From Alphaproteobacteria bacterium (GTDB taxonomy: Bacteria; Pseudomonadota; Alphaproteobacteria; SP197), in assembly GCA_009694045.1 (NCBI GenBank), contig SHVY01000003.1:9058-73057 (forward strand): a DNA stretch of 64,000 bases. Reading direction: 5' to 3'. Numbering within the stretch: position 1 is the stretch's first letter; each line of letters opens with the position of its first letter. Under the pieces are notes generated by a model. The model was not told where the DNA came from and did not search any database. It saw nothing but the letters and a program-made list of their open reading frames with translations. The translations under genes and the position numbers were made by a program. This document shows positions 12,744-23,696 of this stretch, one piece after another.

Positions 12744-14185
12744 GCGCGTTCGCGAACGATCTCTCCCTGGCGGCGCCGGAGATCTGGCTCGCCCTGGCCG
12801 GCATGGCGATGCTGATGTACGCCGCTTTCCGTGGCGATCGCGGCTGGCGCGAATCCGTGTGGCTCGCCGTCGGCGTGCTCGCCGTGGCGCTCGTCATCCT
12901 GGCCGACCGCCCGATGATGACCGTGGCGGCGTTCGACGGGCTGTTCGTGAGCGACGGCTTCGCCATGTTCATGAAGCAGCTCGTGCTGATCGGCGGCATG
13001 GCGACGCTCGTCGCCGGCCTCGGCTACATGAAGCGCGAGGGCATGGGCCGGCCGGAGTACGCGGTGCTGATCGTCTTCGCGACCCTCGGCATGATGATGA
13101 TGATCTCCGCCAACGATCTCATCGCGCTTTATGTCGGGTTGGAGTTGCAGAGCCTCTCGCTTTACGTCGTGGCGTCGTTCCAACGCGATTCGCTGCGCTC
13201 GACCGAGGCGGGGTTGAAGTACTTCGTGCTCGCTGCCCTGTCGTCCGGGATGCTGCTGTACGGCGCTTCCCTGGTCTACGGGTTCAGCGGCACCACCGGG
13301 TTCACGGCGCTCGCGACCCTGTTCGAGGGTGACGTCGCGGTGCCGTTCGGGCTGGTGATCGGCCTGGTGTTCGTCATGGCCGGGCTCGCCTTCAAGGTTT
13401 CGGCGGTGCCGTTCCACATGTGGACCCCCGACGTCTACGAGGGTGCGCCCACCCCGGTGACGGCCTTCTTCTCGGTCGCGCCGAAGATCGCCGCCATGGC
13501 CCTGTTCCTGCGGGTCATGCTGCAGCCCTTCGGCGAACTGGTCGGCGACTGGCAGCAGATCGTGATCTTCATCGCCATCGCCTCCATGCTGCTGGGCGCG
13601 TTTGCCGCCATCGGCCAGAACAACATCAAGCGGCTGATGGCCTACAGCTCGATCAGCCACGTGGGCTATGCCCTGGTCGGCCTCGCCGCCGGCACGGCCG
13701 ACGGGGTGCGCGGCGTTGCCCTCTATATGGCGATCTACCTCGCGATGAACGTCGGCACGTTCGCCTGCATCCTTGCCATGCGGCGCGACGGGCGGATGGT
13801 GGAAACCATCACCGACCTCGCCGGCCTCTCGCGGACCCGGCCCCTGCTGGCCCTGGTGCTGGGTGCCTTCATGTTCTCCATGGCCGGCATTCCGCCGCTG
13901 GCGGGGTTCTTCGGCAAGCTGTACGTCTTCCTGCCGGCGATCGAGGCGGGCCTCGTCTGGCTCACGGTGATCGGCGTGCTGTCGAGTTGCGTGGCGGCCT
14001 ACTACTACCTACGGATCGTCAAGATCATGTACTTCGACGAGCCTGCGGCCGCGTTCGATCGGCCAATGGGCGCCGAGCTTTCGGGCCTCCTGCTGTTGAC
14101 CGGATTGTTCGTCGGCTTCTTCTTCCTGTTGCCCGAGCCGCTACTGGCGGGCGCCGAGCAGGCCGCCGCGGCTCTGATGCCGTGA
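12740..14185 (+). CDS. nuoN: NADH-quinone oxidoreductase subunit N
   Basis: ATG at 12740 overlaps the nuoM stop (ATGA). Product [16 protein letters not shown]..., 481 aa, polytopic ([18 protein letters not shown]). Confidence 0.93.
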   Translation: MSAFANDLSLAAPEIWLALAGMAMLMYAAFRGDRGWRESVWLAVGVLAVALVILADRPMMTVAAFDGLFVSDGFAMFMKQLVLIGGMATLVAGLGYMKREGMGRPEYAVLIVFATLGMMMMISANDLIALYVGLELQSLSLYVVASFQRDSLRSTEAGLKYFVLAALSSGMLLYGASLVYGFSGTTGFTALATLFEGDVAVPFGLVIGLVFVMAGLAFKVSAVPFHMWTPDVYEGAPTPVTAFFSVAPKIAAMALFLRVMLQPFGELVGDWQQIVIFIAIASMLLGAFAAIGQNNIKRLMAYSSISHVGYALVGLAAGTADGVRGVALYMAIYLAMNVGTFACILAMRRDGRMVETITDLAGLSRTRPLLALVLGAFMFSMAGIPPLAGFFGKLYVFLPAIEAGLVWLTVIGVLSSCVAAYYYLRIVKIMYFDEPAAAFDRPMGAELSGLLLLTGLFVGFFFLLPEPLLAGAEQAAAALMP

Positions 14186-14931
14186 CGGCGGGCGCGCGCG
14201 CGACCTGGCTCCGGCTCGGCGTCGTCGGCAGCACCAACGACGAGGCGGCGCGCTGCGCGCGTGAAGGCGCGCCCGATGGGACGGTGATTCTCGCCACCGC
14301 CCAGTCCGCCGGACGGGGTCGCCGCGGGACGACCTTCGTCTCGCCACCAGGCAACCTCTACCTCTCCCTCGTCTTGCGGCCTGAACGCACGCCCGCCGAG
14401 GCCTGCCAGCTCGGGTTCGTGGTCGCCCTCGCCCTCGCCGAGACGGTTGCCGCCTTCGCGCCCCCTGGCACCCGCGTCGCGCTGAAATGGCCGAACGATG
14501 TGCGCGCGAACGGCGCCAAAATCGCCGGCATCCTCCTGGAGGCCGAGACCCTTGGCGCCCGGCTGGCCTGGGTGATCGCCGGCGCCGGATTGAACATCGC
14601 CAGCCACCCGAACGGCGTCGCCTACCCGGCGACGTCTCTCGCGGCACTGGGAGCCGGGGCCGTCGCGCCAGAACGCGCCGCCGATCATCTGGTGACGGCT
14701 CTCTTGACCTGGCGCGATCGCTGGCTCGCCGACGGGTTCGCGGTGGTCCGCGACGCCTGGCTCGCCCGCGCCCACGGCGTTGGCGAGGATGTCCGGGTCA
14801 ATTTGGACGGGGAATCCTTCGTTGGGCGCTTTGCCGACCTCGACGCCGACGGGGCGCTCCTGGTGGCCCTGGCGAATGGCCGCCAGCGCCGCGTCACCGC
14901 CGGTGACGTGTTCTTTCCGAATGCCGCATGA
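14182..14931 (+). CDS. birA: Biotin--[acetyl-CoA-carboxylase] ligase (no HTH domain)
   Basis: GTG at 14182 overlaps the nuoN stop, within ORF 13420..14931. Motif [19 protein letters not shown]. 249 aa. Confidence 0.85.
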   Translation: MTAGARATWLRLGVVGSTNDEAARCAREGAPDGTVILATAQSAGRGRRGTTFVSPPGNLYLSLVLRPERTPAEACQLGFVVALALAETVAAFAPPGTRVALKWPNDVRANGAKIAGILLEAETLGARLAWVIAGAGLNIASHPNGVAYPATSLAALGAGAVAPERAADHLVTALLTWRDRWLADGFAVVRDAWLARAHGVGEDVRVNLDGESFVGRFADLDADGALLVALANGRQRRVTAGDVFFPNAA

Positions 14932-15722
14932 ACGGCGATCGGTTGCTCGCCATCGACGCCGGCAACACTAACACGGTGTTCGCCGTGTTCGAGGGCGACA
15001 CGATCCGCGGGCGCTGGCGCGTGGCGACCCGGACGGATCGCACCGCCGACGAATACGCCGCGATGATCGCTCAGCTCATGGGCCTGGCCGGCCTTACGCC
15101 CGACCACATCCGCGAAGTCATCATCTCCTCCGTCGTGCCCCCGGGCCTGTTCGCGTTGCGCATGCTGGCCCGCCACTACTTCAGTTGCGAACCGATGATC
15201 GTGGGCCAAGGGGTGAAGCTCGGGATCCAGGTCCTGGTCGATCGCCCGGCCGAGGTGGGGGCCGATCGCCTGGTCAACGCCATCGCCGGCCATGTCGCCT
15301 ATGGCGGTCCCCTCGTCATCGTCGATTTCGGGACCGCCACGACCCTCGACGTGATCGACCGGGATGGCAATTACCGGGGCGGGATCATCGCGCCCGGCGT
15401 CAATCTGGCGCTCGAGGCCCTGCACCAGGCGGCCGCCAGCCTGCCCCGCATCGCGGTCGAACGCCCGCCCTCGGTGATCGGCAAATCCACGGTTCCGGCC
15501 ATGCAGTCCGGCATCTTCTGGGGCTACGTGAGCCTGATCGAGGGCCTGGTCGCACGGATCAAGGGGGAGCTTGATTCGCCCCACTCGATCAAGGTCATAG
15601 CCACGGGCGGGCTGGCACCCCTGTTCGAATCGGCGACCGATGCCATCCAGCACGTCGATGCCGACCTCACCATCAAGGGCCTGCGCGAGATCCACCGTCG
15701 CAACCGCGCCGCCGGCGCCTGA
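14928..15722 (+). CDS. coaX: Type III pantothenate kinase
   Basis: 264 aa with LAIDAGNTNTVFAV and IVDFGTATT motifs. 4-nt overlap with birA. Confidence 0.93.
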   Translation: MNGDRLLAIDAGNTNTVFAVFEGDTIRGRWRVATRTDRTADEYAAMIAQLMGLAGLTPDHIREVIISSVVPPGLFALRMLARHYFSCEPMIVGQGVKLGIQVLVDRPAEVGADRLVNAIAGHVAYGGPLVIVDFGTATTLDVIDRDGNYRGGIIAPGVNLALEALHQAAASLPRIAVERPPSVIGKSTVPAMQSGIFWGYVSLIEGLVARIKGELDSPHSIKVIATGGLAPLFESATDAIQHVDADLTIKGLREIHRRNRAAGA

Positions 15723-15725
15723 TCC

Positions 15726-17393
15726 ATGACCGCCAAGTCGCGCAAGGACGAGCTCCATTTCCTGCCGCTCGGCGGATCGGGCGAGATCGGCATGAACGCT
15801 AACCTTTACCGCTATGCCGGCAAGTGGCTGATGGTCGACCTCGGCATCACCTTCGCCGATGGCACGCTGCCCGGCATCGACATCATCATGCCGGACCTCG
15901 CGTTCATCGAAAAGCAGCGCTCGGCCCTGGTCGGCCTCGTGCTCACCCACGCGCACGAGGATCACCTGGGCGCGGTCCAGTACCTGTGGCCCCGCCTGCG
16001 TTGTCCGGTCTACGCCACGCCCTTCGCCGCCGCCCTCCTGCGCCGCAAGCTCGCCGACGATGCCGCCGACGGGCTGGAGGACCTCGAGCTGATCGAAGTG
16101 TCCCTGTCCAGCACGTTCAAGATTGGACCGTTCGAGATCGAACTGGTCTCGCTCACCCATTCCATCCCCGAGCCCAACGCCGTCATCATCCGAACCGGCG
16201 CGGGTGTGGTCGTGCATACCGGAGACTGGAAGATCGACCCCCATCCCCTGGTGGGCGGTACGACGGACGAGGAGGCTCTGCGGCGCCTCGGCGACGAAGG
16301 CGTTCTGGCGATGGTTTGCGATTCGACCAACGCCCTCAAACCGGGAACGTCGGGCTCCGAGGCCGAGGTGCGCGCGAGCCTCGAAGCGTTGGTGCGCGGC
16401 TGCCTGGGCCGGGTCGCCGTCACCACGTTCGCGAGCAACGTCGCCCGCATGCTGACCATGCATCATGTGGCCAGGGCGAATGGCCGCAGCATCGCCCTGG
16501 TCGGGCGTTCGCTGTGGCGCATCCACGATGCCGCGCGCGAGACGGGCTACATTCCGAAGGGCGTGCGCTTCCTGACCGACAAGGAGGCCAATGACCTGCC
16601 GGCCGACAAGGTGCTGTACGCCTGCACCGGCTGCCAGGGCGAGGCGAACGCGCAGCTCAGCCGCATCGCCGGCGGTTCCCACCCGTACGTGACCCTCGGG
16701 GCCGGCGATACCGTGATCTTCTCGTCGAAGATCATTCCCGGCAACGAACGGGCGATCTACGGGTTGATCAACCGCCTGCTCGATCTCGAGGTCGACGTGC
16801 TGACCGAGGAGGACCACTTCGTCCACGTCTCCGGCCATCCCGCCCGCGACGAGTTATCGCTGATGTACCAATGGGTCCGTCCGCGAATCGCCGTGCCGGT
16901 CCACGGCGAGATGCGCCATATGCGGGCCCACGCCACCCTGGCCCGTGGGCTCCAGGTCCCCGAGGCCGTGGTGATCGAGAACGGTGCGCTGCTGCGGCTT
17001 GCGCCGGGCCCCGCCGAGATCGTTGACTGGGTGCCGGCCGGGCGGCTCGCCTGGAACGGCACGCGGACGATCGCCATCGACGGGGCCGTGGTTCGCGACC
17101 GCCGGAAGTTGATGCGCGGTGGCGCGGCCTTCGTCGCCCTGGTGGTGGACGGTCACGGTGACCTGCTGGCCGATCCCGCGATCTCCGCCTACGGCCTGTT
17201 CGAGGACGGCGAAGCGGACGAGCACCTCGACGCCGCCGGCGCCGGCGTGCGCCGGGCGATCGAAGGCCTGCGCCCCAAGGAACGACGCGACGACGACGTG
17301 ATCCGCGAGGCCGCCCGCCAAGCGGTTCGCCGCTCGCTCCGCGCCGCCCGCGACAAACGCCCGATCATCGAGGTCACCGTCACCCGGGTGTGA
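15726..17393 (+). CDS. rnj: Ribonuclease J (metallo-beta-lactamase / beta-CASP family)
   Basis: 555 aa with LPLGGSGEIGMN and THAHEDHLGAV motifs. nuoN-birA-coaX-rnj order as I recall it from other alphaproteobacteria. Confidence 0.9.
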   Translation: MTAKSRKDELHFLPLGGSGEIGMNANLYRYAGKWLMVDLGITFADGTLPGIDIIMPDLAFIEKQRSALVGLVLTHAHEDHLGAVQYLWPRLRCPVYATPFAAALLRRKLADDAADGLEDLELIEVSLSSTFKIGPFEIELVSLTHSIPEPNAVIIRTGAGVVVHTGDWKIDPHPLVGGTTDEEALRRLGDEGVLAMVCDSTNALKPGTSGSEAEVRASLEALVRGCLGRVAVTTFASNVARMLTMHHVARANGRSIALVGRSLWRIHDAARETGYIPKGVRFLTDKEANDLPADKVLYACTGCQGEANAQLSRIAGGSHPYVTLGAGDTVIFSSKIIPGNERAIYGLINRLLDLEVDVLTEEDHFVHVSGHPARDELSLMYQWVRPRIAVPVHGEMRHMRAHATLARGLQVPEAVVIENGALLRLAPGPAEIVDWVPAGRLAWNGTRTIAIDGAVVRDRRKLMRGGAAFVALVVDGHGDLLADPAISAYGLFEDGEADEHLDAAGAGVRRAIEGLRPKERRDDDVIREAARQAVRRSLRAARDKRPIIEVTVTRV

Positions 17394-17634
17394 CGGCCGC
17401 CGCCTTCGCGGCATCGGCGGGTATGGCGCGTCCGTGCGCTCGAACCCCGTTTATGCGGGCGCCGGTCTTGCCCTGGCCGCCGTGGGCCTGGCAGCGACGT
17501 GTGGCCTCAGCCGCAACCATGACGGGGCGGTAGGGGGCGGTTAACACAATTCGGCCAGAATCGTCGCGTTCGAACCGCACGGCGACTGCGTCCAGTCATC
17601 CGGTCGCGTGCGCGTAAACAAGAATGTTCCGGAC

Positions 17635-18036
17635 ATGATGATCACAAGCCGTGTCTGGCTCAACGCCTCCATCGCCGTCGTGGCCCTGGCGCTGTTCGGC
17701 GCTCTGTCCGTTGTGTCCATGAACCGCATCCAAAACATGCTCGAGGACTTGGCGAGCCTTGAAGAGACCCGGTATCTCGATACGCGGGTGGCGATCGATC
17801 TGACGGTCGCGAGCGACATTTTCCGGGGTTATCTCGAGTCGGAAGATCCGAGCGACCTGGTTCGTTTCGAAACCCGATTGGGTATGGTGCGCCGGTCGAT
17901 GGAGGCGGAGAAGCCCGTCGGTAAAGGCGCACCGGTACGGGCGCACATTTCGCCCCCATGCTCGAAAAACTCACCCGGGCCGCGCAGGAGTCTTCGACCG
18001 ACTACCTCGGGGCCGAGGCGATCGTCGATTCGGTGA
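17635..18036 (+). pseudogene. N-terminal fragment (TM1 plus periplasmic sensor helices) of the downstream GGDEF sensor, in a different frame
   Basis: ORF 17608..18036 has a GTG at 17608 and ATGs at 17635/17638. It encodes one TM helix (WLNASIAVVALALFGALSVV) followed by helical sensor-like sequence. After about residue 110 it turns into Pro/Ser/Arg-rich text where it overlaps the next ORF. Confidence 0.45.
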
Positions 18037-19442
18037 TTGACGAAATCTCCTCGACTCTCGCCAAGGAAGACGCCGGCCTCAGTACCGTCTTAGCCGAAGC
18101 GGCGGAGCTGGACGCGCGCATGACGGCCATCATCACTTTCGTCGTTCCGTTCGCGATCTGCGTCCTGATCTTCCTGAAATCGCGGTTGGTCGCGGCGACC
18201 GTCGGGCCGATCCGGACGATCGTCGCGGGACTCGAGAAAATGGCCAAGGGCGATCTCGCGCTTCGCCTGCCGGCGATGCCAGATGCCGATCTCGACTGGG
18301 TCGCTATCGTGTTCAATGCCATGGCCGAGCGACTGCAAGTCGAGACCAGACATCGCGAAACGGCGCTGACCAAGCTCGAATTCGTGAACCTCGAGCTCGC
18401 GGGGCAGACCTCGGCCCTTCAGGATCGGACGCGGACGATCACGATCCTGTCGCGGATGATCGAACGGTTCCAGGCCGCGAAGACGCGGGACGAGCTGGGC
18501 TACATCATCAAGCGGTCCGGCCCGCTTCTGTTCCCCGATTTGTGCGGTCGCGTGCAGGTCTGCAGCTCCTCGCGCGATATCCTGACCGAACTCGCCGCCT
18601 GGAACGACGACTGCACGTCTTCCTCCGGGATCGCGCCGAGCGATTGCTGGGCCTTGCGCCAGGGCCGCGCGCACAGCGTTAAGCACGGCGACGGCGACGT
18701 GACGTGCGAGCACTTCACGGTCCCGCAGCCGTGGTCGCTTTGCCTCCCCATGGCGGCGCAAGGCGAGGTTCTCGGCATCGTCACCCTGACGCCACTCTGG
18801 ATCGACGGCGCGGCGACGCCCCAGTCCGTCGAGCCCATGTCGAAGGAGGCGCAGGACTTGGCGGGCGCGATTTCCGAGCACATCGCCATGGCCGTCGGTA
18901 ACCTCAAGCTGCGCGAGCTGCTGCAGAACCAGTCGATCCGCGATCCGTTGACCGGGCTGTTCAACCGCCGCTACATGGAGGAGTCCCTATCCCGGGAGTT
19001 CTCCCGCTGTACCCGGACCAAGGAGCCGATTTCGGTCGTCATGCTCGACGTCGATCACTTCAAGCAATTCAACGACACGTCTGGCCATGACGTCGGTGAT
19101 ACGGTGCTCGCGTCCGTCGGCCGCCATTTGCGGGCGAACATACGTTCCTGCGACATCGCGTGCCGCTACGGTGGCGAGGAGTTCATGTTGATCCTGCCGG
19201 GGGCGGATCTGGAGAGCGCAACCAAGCGCGCCGAGGCCATTCGCACCGGGATCAAGCAGCTCACCTTCACCGTGCGGGGGGAGATGTTCGGCTCGATCAC
19301 CGTCTCCCTGGGCGTGGCGTGCCAGGATGCGACGGAAGGGAGCGAGGACTCGATCGTCGAGGCGGCCGACGAGGCCCTGCGTCAGGCCAAGCGGGAAGGC
19401 CGCGACCGAGTCGTCACCGGTCTCCTTCAATCCGCCGCCTGA
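17958..19442 (+). CDS. Diguanylate cyclase with TM-HAMP-GAF-GGDEF architecture (N-terminus probably lost to a frame change)
   Basis: 494 aa. TM helix AIITFVVPFAICVLIFL; HAMP-like GPIRTIVAGLEKMAKGDLALRLP; central GAF-like region; GGDEF domain with RSCDIACRYGGEEF, which gives both the RxxD I-site and the GGEEF active site. Confidence 0.85.
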   Translation: MLEKLTRAAQESSTDYLGAEAIVDSVIDEISSTLAKEDAGLSTVLAEAAELDARMTAIITFVVPFAICVLIFLKSRLVAATVGPIRTIVAGLEKMAKGDLALRLPAMPDADLDWVAIVFNAMAERLQVETRHRETALTKLEFVNLELAGQTSALQDRTRTITILSRMIERFQAAKTRDELGYIIKRSGPLLFPDLCGRVQVCSSSRDILTELAAWNDDCTSSSGIAPSDCWALRQGRAHSVKHGDGDVTCEHFTVPQPWSLCLPMAAQGEVLGIVTLTPLWIDGAATPQSVEPMSKEAQDLAGAISEHIAMAVGNLKLRELLQNQSIRDPLTGLFNRRYMEESLSREFSRCTRTKEPISVVMLDVDHFKQFNDTSGHDVGDTVLASVGRHLRANIRSCDIACRYGGEEFMLILPGADLESATKRAEAIRTGIKQLTFTVRGEMFGSITVSLGVACQDATEGSEDSIVEAADEALRQAKREGRDRVVTGLLQSAA

Positions 19443-19491
19443 CTGGTAAGGTCCTCGACAGCGACCCGAAGGGTGCGTTACAGAACGGCCC

Positions 19492-19896
19492 ATGATTGGC
19501 CGCCTGAACCACGTCGCGATCGCGGTCCCTGACCTCGCCGCCGCCGCGAAGGTCTATCGCGACACCCTCGGTGCCGAGGTGTCGGCCGCCGTGGATCAAC
19601 CCGAGCACGGCGTCACCACAATCTTCGTCGTCCTGCCCAATACCAAGATTGAGCTCCTGGGCGTGCTTGGCGGCGCCTCGCCGATCGCCGGCTTCCTCGC
19701 CAAGCACCCATCCGGCGGGATCCATCACGTCTGCTATGAGGTGGCGGACATCAAGGCCGCCCGCGATCGCCTGACGGCGGCGGGCGCCCGGGTCGTCGGC
19801 GATGGCGAGCCGCGCATCGGCGCCCATGGGAAGCCGGTCCTGTTCCTCCACCCCAAGGACTTCGCCGGCACCCTCATCGAGCTCGAACAGGCCTGA
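19492..19896 (+). CDS. mce: Methylmalonyl-CoA epimerase (VOC family)
   Basis: 134 aa with LNHVAIAVPDL, GIHHVCYEV and FLHPKDFAGTLIELEQ motifs. Confidence 0.85.
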   Translation: MIGRLNHVAIAVPDLAAAAKVYRDTLGAEVSAAVDQPEHGVTTIFVVLPNTKIELLGVLGGASPIAGFLAKHPSGGIHHVCYEVADIKAARDRLTAAGARVVGDGEPRIGAHGKPVLFLHPKDFAGTLIELEQA

Positions 19897-19903
19897 GGCG
19901 CCA

Positions 19904-20155
19904 GTGACCTGGTACGGCACGCTCATCGTCTTCGTCGTCATCTGGTGGTGCTTGTTCTTCATGCTGTTACCGGTGGGCGTGCAGCCCGTGGAGCGCTCGA
20001 AACCCGGCCACGACCCCGGATCGCCCAACCGGCAGCGCCTGGGCGTCAAATCCGCCGTCTGCACCATCGCGACGATCCTGCTGACCGGATTGATCTGGTT
20101 CGCCGACTATGATGGCTGGGTCGACTTCCGGAGCCTCTTCACCGGCGGATCCTGA
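19904..20155 (+). CDS. DUF1467 family small membrane protein
   Basis: GTG 19904 within ORF 19802..20155. Product VTWYGTLIVFVVIWWCLFFMLLPVGVQ..., 83 aa. Usual position directly after mce. Confidence 0.7.
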   Translation: MTWYGTLIVFVVIWWCLFFMLLPVGVQPVERSKPGHDPGSPNRQRLGVKSAVCTIATILLTGLIWFADYDGWVDFRSLFTGGS

Positions 20156-20156
20156 G

Positions 20157-20699
20157 ATGAGCAGCTATTGCGATGCGGCCAGGGGGCACCCGTTCCACGG
20201 CCCCTACCACGATCACGAATACGGCTTCCCGATTGCCGACGACGACCGCCTGTTCGAGCGCCTGATCCTCGAGATCAATCAGGCGGGCCTCTCTTGGCTC
20301 ACGATCCTCAAGAAACAGGAAGGGTTCCGGGCCGCCTACCACGGTTTTGCCATTGCCAAGGTTGCCCGCTACGGTGACCGCGATCGCGCCCGGCTGCTGG
20401 CCGACGCACGAATCATCCGCAACCGCCTGAAGGTCGAGGCGGCGATCGCCAATGCGCGAGCCATCCTCGATTTGCAGGCGTCCCATGGTTCGTTCAAGGC
20501 CTGGCTCGACGCCCACCACCCACGCCCCCTGGCCGAGTGGATGAAGCTGTTCAAGCGGACGTTCCGCTTCACCGGCAGCGAGATCGTCAACGAATTCCTG
20601 CTCTCGTCCGGCTACCTCCCCGGCGCCCACCGGCCCGACTGTCTGGTCCTGGCGCGAATCACCGCCCTGAACCCTCCTTGGATGCTAACCGGTTCCTAA
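20157..20699 (+). CDS. tag: DNA-3-methyladenine glycosylase I
   Basis: ATG 20157 within ORF 20109..20699, 180 aa. Motifs HDHEYGFP and EINQAGLSWLTILKKQEGFRAAY. Confidence 0.9.
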   Translation: MSSYCDAARGHPFHGPYHDHEYGFPIADDDRLFERLILEINQAGLSWLTILKKQEGFRAAYHGFAIAKVARYGDRDRARLLADARIIRNRLKVEAAIANARAILDLQASHGSFKAWLDAHHPRPLAEWMKLFKRTFRFTGSEIVNEFLLSSGYLPGAHRPDCLVLARITALNPPWMLTGS

Positions 20700-20722
20700 C
20701 GCCGGCGTCCGACCATGGCCGC

Positions 20723-21097
20723 ATGCGTTGGGTCCTCGTCATCCTGGTTCTGGCCGCGCCCGCGTCGGCCGGGCCGATCGTGCCCTGCGTACCGTTGGCC
20801 TCCTACACGCCGGACCCGGGCGTCGCCTACGAACCCGACGTTGATGTGGGCGGCAGAACCCTGGTCCCGGTCGAGGAGCGGCGGAGTCGAAGCCTCGCCA
20901 TCTATCCCCAGTCGGTCCATGTCATCATCGAAGTGCCTTTGCGGGAAGCGGACGCGGCGGTCGACGACGACGGCAGGGTCAACGACATCGACGCCACCGC
21001 GAAGGTCGGGACCGTCACCCTCGATGACGGCGTTGTCCACTTCAACGGCCGGCCCCTGCAGCCTCGGGACGGCTGCCTGGTGGTCGAAGGGGAGTAG
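20723..21097 (+). CDS. Hypothetical secreted protein
   Basis: ATG 20723 within ORF 20537..21097. Signal-peptide-like N-terminus MRWVLVILVLAAPASAGP. 124 aa. No family recognised. Confidence 0.5.
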   Translation: MRWVLVILVLAAPASAGPIVPCVPLASYTPDPGVAYEPDVDVGGRTLVPVEERRSRSLAIYPQSVHVIIEVPLREADAAVDDDGRVNDIDATAKVGTVTLDDGVVHFNGRPLQPRDGCLVVEGE

Positions 21098-21154
21098 CAC
21101 GGCCTCGGTCCGTCCGCTAAGGTGCCGGCCCCATCCCCCGGGCGGCGTGATCCC

Positions 21155-22441
21155 ATGCGTCTTTCTCGCTATTTCCTCCCCACGCTCAAGGAGAATCCGG
21201 CCGAGGCCCAGATTGTCTCGCACCGGCTGATGCTGCGCGCCGGCCTCGTCCGCCAGGCGAGCGCGGGCATCTACTCCTGGCTGCCCCTCGGCTTTCGGGT
21301 CCTCAAGCGCATCGAGCAGATCGTTCGCGAAGAGATGGACGCGGCCGGCTGCCACGAGGTCTTGATGCCGACGATCCAGTCGGCGGACCTGTGGATCAAG
21401 AGCGGCCGCTACAACGACTACGGCAAGGAGATGCTGCGCATCCGCGATCGCCACGACCGCGAGATGCTGTACGGACCGACCAACGAGGAGCTGATCACCG
21501 AGATCTTCCGATCCGAGGTGAGGTCCTACCGTCAACTCCCGCGAAATCTCTACCATATTCAATGGAAGTTCAGAGATGAGGTCAGGCCGCGTTTCGGGGT
21601 CATGCGGGGCCGCGAATTCCTCATGAAGGATGGATATTCCTTCGATGTGGACTTCGAATCGGCGCGAAAATCCTACGACGCCATGTTCGTCGCCTATTTG
21701 AAGACGTTTCGCCGCATGGGCTTGACGCCCATCCCCATGCGGGCCGATGCCGGCCCGATCGGGGGGGACCTCAGCCACGAGTTTCAGATCGTCGCGGAAA
21801 CCGGTGAAAGTGCGGTGTTCTACGACACCGACCTCGTCGAACTCATTGAACAAGGCGAACTCGACGCCGATCGCCTGAAATCGCTCTATGCCGCGACCGA
21901 CGACAAGCACGATCCGAAGACCTGCCCGGTGCCGCCCGAACGCCTGGGCACCGCCCGCGGCATCGAGGTCGGCCACATCTTCTATTTCGGCACGAAGTAC
22001 GCCGAACCCCTGGGCGCTACCGTGACCGATGCCGACGGCAACCAGGTGCCGATCCACGGCGGCTCCTATGGCATCGGCGTCTCGCGCCTGGTGGGCGCCA
22101 TCATCGAGGCCGGCCACGACGATGCCGGCATCGTCTGGCCCGAAAGCGTGGCGCCCTTCAAGGTCGGATTGATCAATCTCAAGGCCGACGACCCCGCGAC
22201 GACGGCGGCGGCCGATGGCATCTACGACCGTCTACGGGGAAGCGGCGTGCCCGTCCTCTATGACGACCGCGACGAACGGGCCGGGGCCAAGTTCGCCGAC
22301 ATGGACCTGATCGGGCTCCCCTGGCAGCTTACGGTCGGCCCACGCGGCCTCAAGGGAGGCGTCGTGGAGCTGAAACGCCGCGCCGGGGGCGAGCGCAACG
22401 AACTGTCGATTGACGCCGCGCTCGCCCGCCTGTGCGGGTGA
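21155..22441 (+). CDS. proS: Proline--tRNA ligase (short alphaproteobacterial type)
   Basis: ATG 21155 ([30 protein letters not shown]). 428 aa with class II motifs ([30 protein letters not shown]). Confidence 0.94.
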   Translation: MRLSRYFLPTLKENPAEAQIVSHRLMLRAGLVRQASAGIYSWLPLGFRVLKRIEQIVREEMDAAGCHEVLMPTIQSADLWIKSGRYNDYGKEMLRIRDRHDREMLYGPTNEELITEIFRSEVRSYRQLPRNLYHIQWKFRDEVRPRFGVMRGREFLMKDGYSFDVDFESARKSYDAMFVAYLKTFRRMGLTPIPMRADAGPIGGDLSHEFQIVAETGESAVFYDTDLVELIEQGELDADRLKSLYAATDDKHDPKTCPVPPERLGTARGIEVGHIFYFGTKYAEPLGATVTDADGNQVPIHGGSYGIGVSRLVGAIIEAGHDDAGIVWPESVAPFKVGLINLKADDPATTAAADGIYDRLRGSGVPVLYDDRDERAGAKFADMDLIGLPWQLTVGPRGLKGGVVELKRRAGGERNELSIDAALARLCG

Positions 22442-22448
22442 TGCCGCG

Positions 22449-23696
22449 ATGATCTCGCCCTTCGAGCGGATGGTGGCGTTCCGCTACCTCCGGGCGCGCC
22501 GGCAGGAAGGCTTCGTCTCCGTCATCGCCGGCTTCTCGCTCATGGGGATCGCGCTGGGCGTCGCCGCGCTGATCATCGTGATGGCGGTGATGAACGGCTT
22601 CCGCCACGAGCTGATCGGCCGCATCCTTGGGTTCGCCGGGCACGTGACCGTCATCGGCAACGCCCAGGGGATCGCCGGATACGCCGAACTCGCGGCCGCG
22701 ATCGCGGCCCTTCCCGGAGTCGCCTCGGCCGTCCCGGTGGTGGAGGGCCAAGTCCTCGCGACCGCCTGGGGCGGACGCAATGCCGGAGTTCTGGTCCGGG
22801 GCATCGCGGCCGCCGACCTTCAGGCCCGGGACCTGATCGTCGCCGGCATCCAGTCGGGGTCGATCGCCGACTTCGGCCACGACGAAGGCGTCGTCATCGG
22901 CAGCCGGCTGGCGGCGCGTCTCGGCCTCGGGGTCGGCGATCCGATCACCTTGATTTCGCCGCGCGGCACCGCGACGGCGCTCGGCACCGTCCCGCGCATG
23001 GTCGGCTACCCGGTGATCGCGATCTTCGAGGTCGGCATGTACGAGTACGACAACGGGGTGGTGCTCATGCCGCTGGGGGTTGCCCAGGTCTATTTCCGCT
23101 ATCGCGACGCCGCCACGGCGATCGAGGTCTTCGTCGATCGACCCGAACAACCGGCGGCGGCACGGGATGTGATCGCCGCCGCCGTGGGCGATCGCGGCCG
23201 CACCGTGGATTGGCAGCAGTCCAACGCCCAATTCTTCGGGGCGCTCCAGGTCGAGCGCAACGTGATGTTCATCATCCTGATGCTGATCATCCTGGTCGCC
23301 GCCTTCAACATCATCTCCAGCCTCATCATGCTGGTGAAGGACAAGGGGCGGGACATCGCCATCCTGCGCACGGTCGGGGCAACCCGCGGCATGGTGATGC
23401 GCATCTTCCTGCTGACCGGGGCCAGCATCGGGATCACCGGCACGCTCCTGGGCTTCGCCCTTGGCGTCGCCTTTGCCCTCAACATCGAGGAGCTGCGCCA
23501 ACTGGTGCAGCACCTGACGGGGTCCGATCTGTTCGCCGCCGAGATTTATTTTCTCACCCAGCTACCGGCCCGCATCGACTGGCACGAGGTCGCGACCGTC
23601 GTCGCCATGTCCCTGGTCCTGTCGTTCCTCGCCACCCTCTACCCGTCCTGGCGGGCGGCCCGGCTCGATCCGGCCGAGGCGCTGCGGTATGAGTGA
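22449..23696 (+). CDS. lolC: Lipoprotein-releasing ABC transporter permease (LolC/E family)
   Basis: ATG 22449 (MISPFERMVAFRYLRARRQEGFVSVIAGFS). 415 aa, FtsX-like C-terminal domain. Confidence 0.9.
   Translation: MISPFERMVAFRYLRARRQEGFVSVIAGFSLMGIALGVAALIIVMAVMNGFRHELIGRILGFAGHVTVIGNAQGIAGYAELAAAIAALPGVASAVPVVEGQVLATAWGGRNAGVLVRGIAAADLQARDLIVAGIQSGSIADFGHDEGVVIGSRLAARLGLGVGDPITLISPRGTATALGTVPRMVGYPVIAIFEVGMYEYDNGVVLMPLGVAQVYFRYRDAATAIEVFVDRPEQPAAARDVIAAAVGDRGRTVDWQQSNAQFFGALQVERNVMFIILMLIILVAAFNIISSLIMLVKDKGRDIAILRTVGATRGMVMRIFLLTGASIGITGTLLGFALGVAFALNIEELRQLVQHLTGSDLFAAEIYFLTQLPARIDWHEVATVVAMSLVLSFLATLYPSWRAARLDPAEALRYE

Noticed and set aside
17434-17544. 36-codon ORF (GTG start) in the rnj-GGDEF spacer with a signal-peptide-like core and a Cys (…GLALAAVGLAATCGLSRNHDGAVGGG), which might be a tiny lipoprotein.
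   Set aside because: The lipobox is poor (Thr at -1), the Shine-Dalgarno is weak, and the start is non-ATG only. The mature part would be 13 residues. It overlaps the equally unconvincing minus-strand ORF 17380..17580. I could not distinguish it from chance.
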